Assembly (NCBI GenBank): GCA_042852035.1
Contig: BAAFHK010000003.1
Location: forward strand, 90,001 to 122,000
Origin: Candidatus Saccharimonadota bacterium
GTDB taxonomy: Bacteria > Patescibacteriota > Gracilibacteria > BD1-5 > UBA2023
Length of the DNA stretch: 32,000 nucleotides
Direction: 5' to 3'
Of the stretch, positions 28,387 through 32,000 are shown one piece after another. The first letter of the stretch is position 1, and each line of letters begins with the position of its first letter. The notes beneath the pieces were generated by a model, which did no database searches, was not told where the DNA came from, and saw nothing but the letters and a program-made list of their open reading frames with translations. The translations under genes were made by a program, and so were the position numbers.

Positions 28387-29055
28387 ATGAATACCCTTCT
28401 TATCGAAGATAATATTGCTCTCGCTCAAACCGTCACACGCTATCTTGCAACTCAAAATATAACCTGCACCCTTCGAACCGATGGGAAAGAAGGACTTATG
28501 GAAGCAATGAATAATAACTTCGATGTTATTATTCTTGATATCGAGCTTCCGAATATGGATGGGATAGAAATCTGTCGAAGGCTTCGAAATGAATGAAAAA
28601 ATACTCCAATTATCATGCTTACCTCACGTGGTACGCACGATGATATTGTAAGTGGACTTGATTATGGGGCTGATGACTATCTCTCAAAACCTGCTGATTA
28701 TCGAGAGTTAGTGGCTCGAATTCGGGCACTCAGCAGAAGAAATTTTACTGAAAAAAGCACCGAAATGATTCGTATTGGAAGCCTTGAAATCAATCAAACT
28801 CTTCACCAAGTAAGATGGAATGGTAATGAGGTTGAACTCTCAAAACGTGAATTCGAACTTCTTTTGTACTTTGCACAAAATGGAGATAAGATTATTACAA
28901 AAAATGAGCTGGCAGAGAAAGTATGGGGAATTTATGACGTATGGGAAGATGGAAAAGTTGTAGAAGTTTATATCGGATATCTCCGAAAAAAAATAAATAA
29001 AAATATTATTGAAACTCAAAAATGATTCTGATATCGACTAAACTGTTGAGAATAA
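28387..29055 (+). CDS. OmpR/PhoB-family response regulator (receiver plus winged-helix DNA-binding domain)
   Basis: Track ORFs 28387-28596 and 28615-29025 join through TGA. The sequence reads MNTLLIEDN...DVIILDIELPNMDG...MLTSRG...GADDYLSKP...LSKREFELLLYF...VEVYIGYLRKKI...IETQK[G]F[G]YRLNC[G]E. The C-terminal G-x-G-Y-R-L motif uses TGA twice. Confidence 0.92.
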
Positions 29056-29109
29056 ACCTCTCTTAGGTGCATCCAAAGTTCCCTTCTTTCTAAAATACCC
29101 TCACGAATC

Positions 29110-30297
29110 ATGAAAACGTCATTAATACATACGGAACGAAAACTTATCGCTATATTTCTTGGATGAGCATTTTTATTTCTTCTTTTATTTGAAGGCTTTT
29201 TTCTCGTATCTCGGTTCATCTTTGAAGAAAAAATGTCTCGAACTGGATTCACCAATGAGGTAACTCGAATAGAGAATCATGCTCCGGATTCACCAAGAAA
29301 ATCAAGGGATTTTTGACCAAAGATTGGTATGTCGGTATTTTCAATTGATAGAAGTGGTGCCGTATTTCAAGATCGTTGAATAGAAAATCCACTCGTCGAT
29401 ATCGAAGAAATAACTTGAGAATTTCTCAATGAACTTGAGGTAGGGGTTGTCACAAAAAAAGACGATTTACTCATCTATAAAAGAATTCGCCCAGAAAATC
29501 CCGAACTCTATCAGGTTTTTATAAGAAGATCGGGGTATCCCCTTGAAGATCTTTTGCGAGATATTCTTCGCTTTCTTATTTTAGATATACTGATTATTGT
29601 CCCATTTTATTTTATGGGAAGATACTTTGTACGGAAAACTCTTGAGCCTGTTGCAGAAAATATTGATATAATGTCTCACTTTATTCATGATGCCTGACAT
29701 GAACTTAAAACGCCACTTGCTATCGTTTCATGAAACCTTCAGATTCTTCGGGAAACTAAACATATAGAGAAGTGACTCGTTGAAGAAAGCATTGACACTA
29801 TTCACTCAATGTCAGATTCTCTAGATGGGTTACTGGAACTCTCGAGTACTATGAGTTGAGAAAAAATCGATAAAATTCATCTTCTAGAAGCATTCAATGC
29901 CGAATTTGAAAAAGAAAAAACAAGAATTGAAGAAAAGAAAATAGTCGTAAATATTCATATTGAACCAAAATCAAGTATTGATATGGATCGAAAACATTTC
30001 TCTTTGCTTTTCGGAAACCTTATTAGAAATGCTATCACCTACAATAAAAGTGGAGGAACGATTGATATTAATGAAAAGGATGGAATGATATCAATTACTG
30101 ATACTGGTATCGGAATCGATGAAAAGCATATAAAAAACATTTGGGAAAGATTCTATAGAGTTGAAAGAACTGGTAAGAATCCTGGAACTGGGATAGGTCT
30201 CTCGATAGTAGAAAAAATAATACATCACTATGGTTGGGAAATACGTGTAACATCTAAAGTAAATCAGTGAACTACTTTTAACATAAAAATAAAATAG
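29110..30297 (+). CDS. Sensor histidine kinase (two transmembrane segments, HisKA and HATPase_c domains)
   Basis: Hand translation gives MKTSLIHTERKLIAIFL[G]GAFLFLLLF..., a loop of about 120 aa, and a second transmembrane segment LRFLILDILIIVPFYF. The H-box is FIHDA[G]HELKTPLAIVS[G]N (TGA at 29695-29697), the N-box is LIRNAITYN, and the G-boxes are DTGIGI and GTGIGLSIV. It ends at TAG 30295-30297. Confidence 0.9.
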
Positions 30298-30352
30298 CTT
30301 GCAAATGTTCGAAAAAATATAGTATATAACTATTATCATTACTTCATTCCTT

Positions 30353-30817
30353 ATGCGAAGAATTTCACTTCTTGCTGCTCTTCTTATGGTTATGCTTTCA
30401 AGTTGTGGAAGCTGAACGAAACAAGGCCCTCAGGCAACTCAACCAAGTCCTTATCCAAGTGTTCCCATGAACGAGGTGGTTTGATCTGGATGAGAGAAAT
30501 CATTCATCCCAACACCAGAAGCAGAGGTTATTCCTGCCTTCACAGTCAAATGAACTGAACCATTTTGGTCAGTGGAAATTGAAAAGAACACCGCAACACT
30601 CACTCGTCCTGGAACAGGAAGCACTTCTACAGAGACCTTCAACATTATCTGAAGCGATAAGTGATCGACTATTTCTCTACGCTGAGTAAAATGAGATTTT
30701 TTTCTTACTCTCATAAAATGAAGCTGTAGCGATGGAGCAAGTGATACGAAATACGCATTTAATGCAACCCTCAATGTGTGAGCTGAGGAACTTCATGGAT
30801 GTGCGAATAAAAAATAA
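30353..30817 (+). CDS. Lipoprotein (154 aa), function unknown
   Basis: This gene is absent from the track because it contains about 13 TGA codons. Hand translation gives MRRISLLAALLMVMLSS-C (lipobox), then ...TVK[G]TEPFWSVEIEKNTATLTRPGTG...LIK[G]SCSDGASDTKYAFNATLNV[G]AEELHGCANKK, ending at TAA 30815-30817. Confidence 0.65.
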
Positions 30818-30824
30818 GAATTTT

Positions 30825-32000
30825 TTATATCCTCTCCATTCTTACTACCGTTTCGATATGATGAGTATGGGGAAACATATCTACTGGGGTAATATCTGTG
30901 ATTCTATACCGAGGAAGTCCCTCGGTTTTTTCATCGCGATTTTTTCCTATGAATACTTCAAGATCTCGAGCGAGAGTTGCAGGATTGCACGAGACGTAGA
31001 TAATCTCATTCACTGAAAAACTTAAGAGTGTTGCATATGTCGATGGATGCATACCATCACGAGGAGGATCAAGAATAATTGTATCGGCCTTTCCTCAAGT
31101 TTCTAGAAATTTCTTTGCGAAATCCTCAACTTTTTCGTTCATAAATCGAACATTCTTAATTCCATTGTTTAAAGCATTCTTCATTCCATCATTTGATGCT
31201 GATTCTACAAGCTCCACAGAATAAACCTCTTTAAAGTGCTCAGACAAAAGTAATCCAATAGTTCCAGTTCATGCATACAGATCAAGAAGAACTCACTCCT
31301 TATTGTGGATAAAATCGATGGCTACTTGGTAAAGCTTTTCTGCTCAAAACGTATTAACCTGAAAGAATGACTTTGGTTGAATCTCAAAGTGCATTCCAAA
31401 AAGTTCATCCTCAATAATAGGATCTCCGTAGATGCATATCGGATTTCCCGTAACAATATCTGCCCTTCAAGTATTTTCTAAAAAGTATATAGAACGAATA
31501 TTCTTATATTTTTCGGTCAATTCTTGAACCATAAGCGTAAATAAATCTTGTATTTTCTGACTATTTTCTGGAGGATTCCAGAGTGAATGAATCGAAAAAA
31601 TAATCATTATTTCATCTGTTTTTCTTCCTTTGCGTACAACAAGATGCCGCCAAAATCCTTGTGCAGTTTTAGGATCATATGTAGGAAAATTTGAAGCTCG
31701 TGAGAGTTTATCCACATCCTTAAAAAGAGCATTTGTCTGCTCATCTGCAAGAGCACAATATTCACAATTATCGATTCGATCAAACTGTCACTGAGCATGA
31801 AATCAGAAACGGAAATCATCATGAATTCCTTCTCGAGCGGAAATATACTTTCACCATGAAAACTCAACCTTATTTCGATATCCATATATTTCTGGCGAAG
31901 GAACAATCGGATGAAAGACTGGTTTTATCTGATTTGTCTCGAGATACTTTGATATATGATAAAAGGCCTCCTCAATCTGTCATGCCTTAATTCTAAGTTG
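30825..32000 (-). CDS. 23S rRNA (uracil-C5)-methyltransferase, RlmD/RumA (TrmA) family (N-terminus outside the window)
   Basis: Track ORFs 30825-31052 and 31467-31715 are in the same frame and join through TGA codons up to the window edge. The sequence reads ...GYRNKVEFSW[G]K...F[G]FHAQ[G]QFDRIDNCEYC...FFQVN...LDLYA[G]TGTIGL...IILDPPRDGMH...IIYVSCNPATLARDL...DMFPHTHHIETVV. Confidence 0.85.

Noticed and set aside
1-32000. TGA could instead encode Trp (table 4, Mollicutes-like) or selenocysteine.
   Set aside because: The aligned positions are canonical glycines: HPHGGGEG in L2, GPSGSGKST and LSGGQ in the ABC ATPase, MGxK in S3, and the KOW GKDKGK motif in L24. Trp is still written TGG at expected places. 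TGA is far too frequent, and occurs in the wrong protein families, for Sec.
1-32000. CRISPR arrays, tandem repeats, insertion sequences, integrases or prophage genes.
   Set aside because: Reading the window revealed no repeated spacer-repeat structure, no terminal inverted repeats and no transposase- or integrase-like ORFs. The only repeated DNA elements seen are the four short operator sites.

Overview
AT-rich bacterial window with about 45 genes that is only interpretable if TGA is read as glycine (translation table 25, as in Gracilibacteria/BD1-5 and Absconditabacteria/SR1 of the Candidate Phyla Radiation). Almost every fragmented ORF in the six-frame track joins to its neighbour, in frame, through TGA codons. 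Where the protein family is recognisable, those codons fall on invariant Gly positions: YTI-G-QRKG in MnmA, HPHG-G-GEG in L2, M-G-HKV in S3, the Walker A and LSGGQ motifs of an ABC ATPase, and the H-box of a histidine kinase. All coordinates come from my own hand translation with TGA=Gly, since no tools were available. Layout: (1) 1-3100 holds the mnmA 3' end, a NodB polysaccharide deacetylase, a VanX-like M15 peptidase and a DnaQ-like exonuclease. (2) 3103-13489 (minus strand) is a contiguous ribosomal cluster rplC-rplD-rplW-rplB-rpsS-rplV-rpsC-rplP-rpmC-rpsQ-rplN-rplX-rplE-rpsN-rpsH-rplF-rplR-rpsE-rplO-secY. It has no rpmD (L30) and no rpsJ upstream, a near-consensus promoter with a structured leader at 13.5-13.65 kb, and a terminator plus candidate promoter between rplO and secY. 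(3) 13.7-22.3 kb holds rsmA, a lysA-type decarboxylase, a 615-aa protein with a C-terminal LAS/M15-like domain, an RsmB/F-type methyltransferase, a Cys-motif membrane protein, grpE, a YtxH-like protein and pepP. (4) 22.4-30.8 kb (plus strand) is an envelope module: a small Tat-signal-like ORF, a very long HlyD-type adaptor, a MacB-type ATPase and permease, a lipoprotein, a secreted repeat protein, a tiny signal-peptide ORF, an OmpR-family regulator, a histidine kinase and another lipoprotein. (5) The window ends in a partial rlmD/rumA-type methyltransferase. The most interesting new signal is a Pho-box-like promoter architecture, TCTTAC-N5-TCTTAC-N10-TAnnnT. It occurs four times, only in intergenic DNA in front of the units of module (4), which suggests a compact autoregulated regulon of the adjacent two-component system. 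A second signal is the absence of Shine-Dalgarno sequences: start codons are instead preceded by pyrimidine-rich CUCCU/CACCCU-type motifs. I found no rRNA, tRNA, CRISPR array or mobile element.
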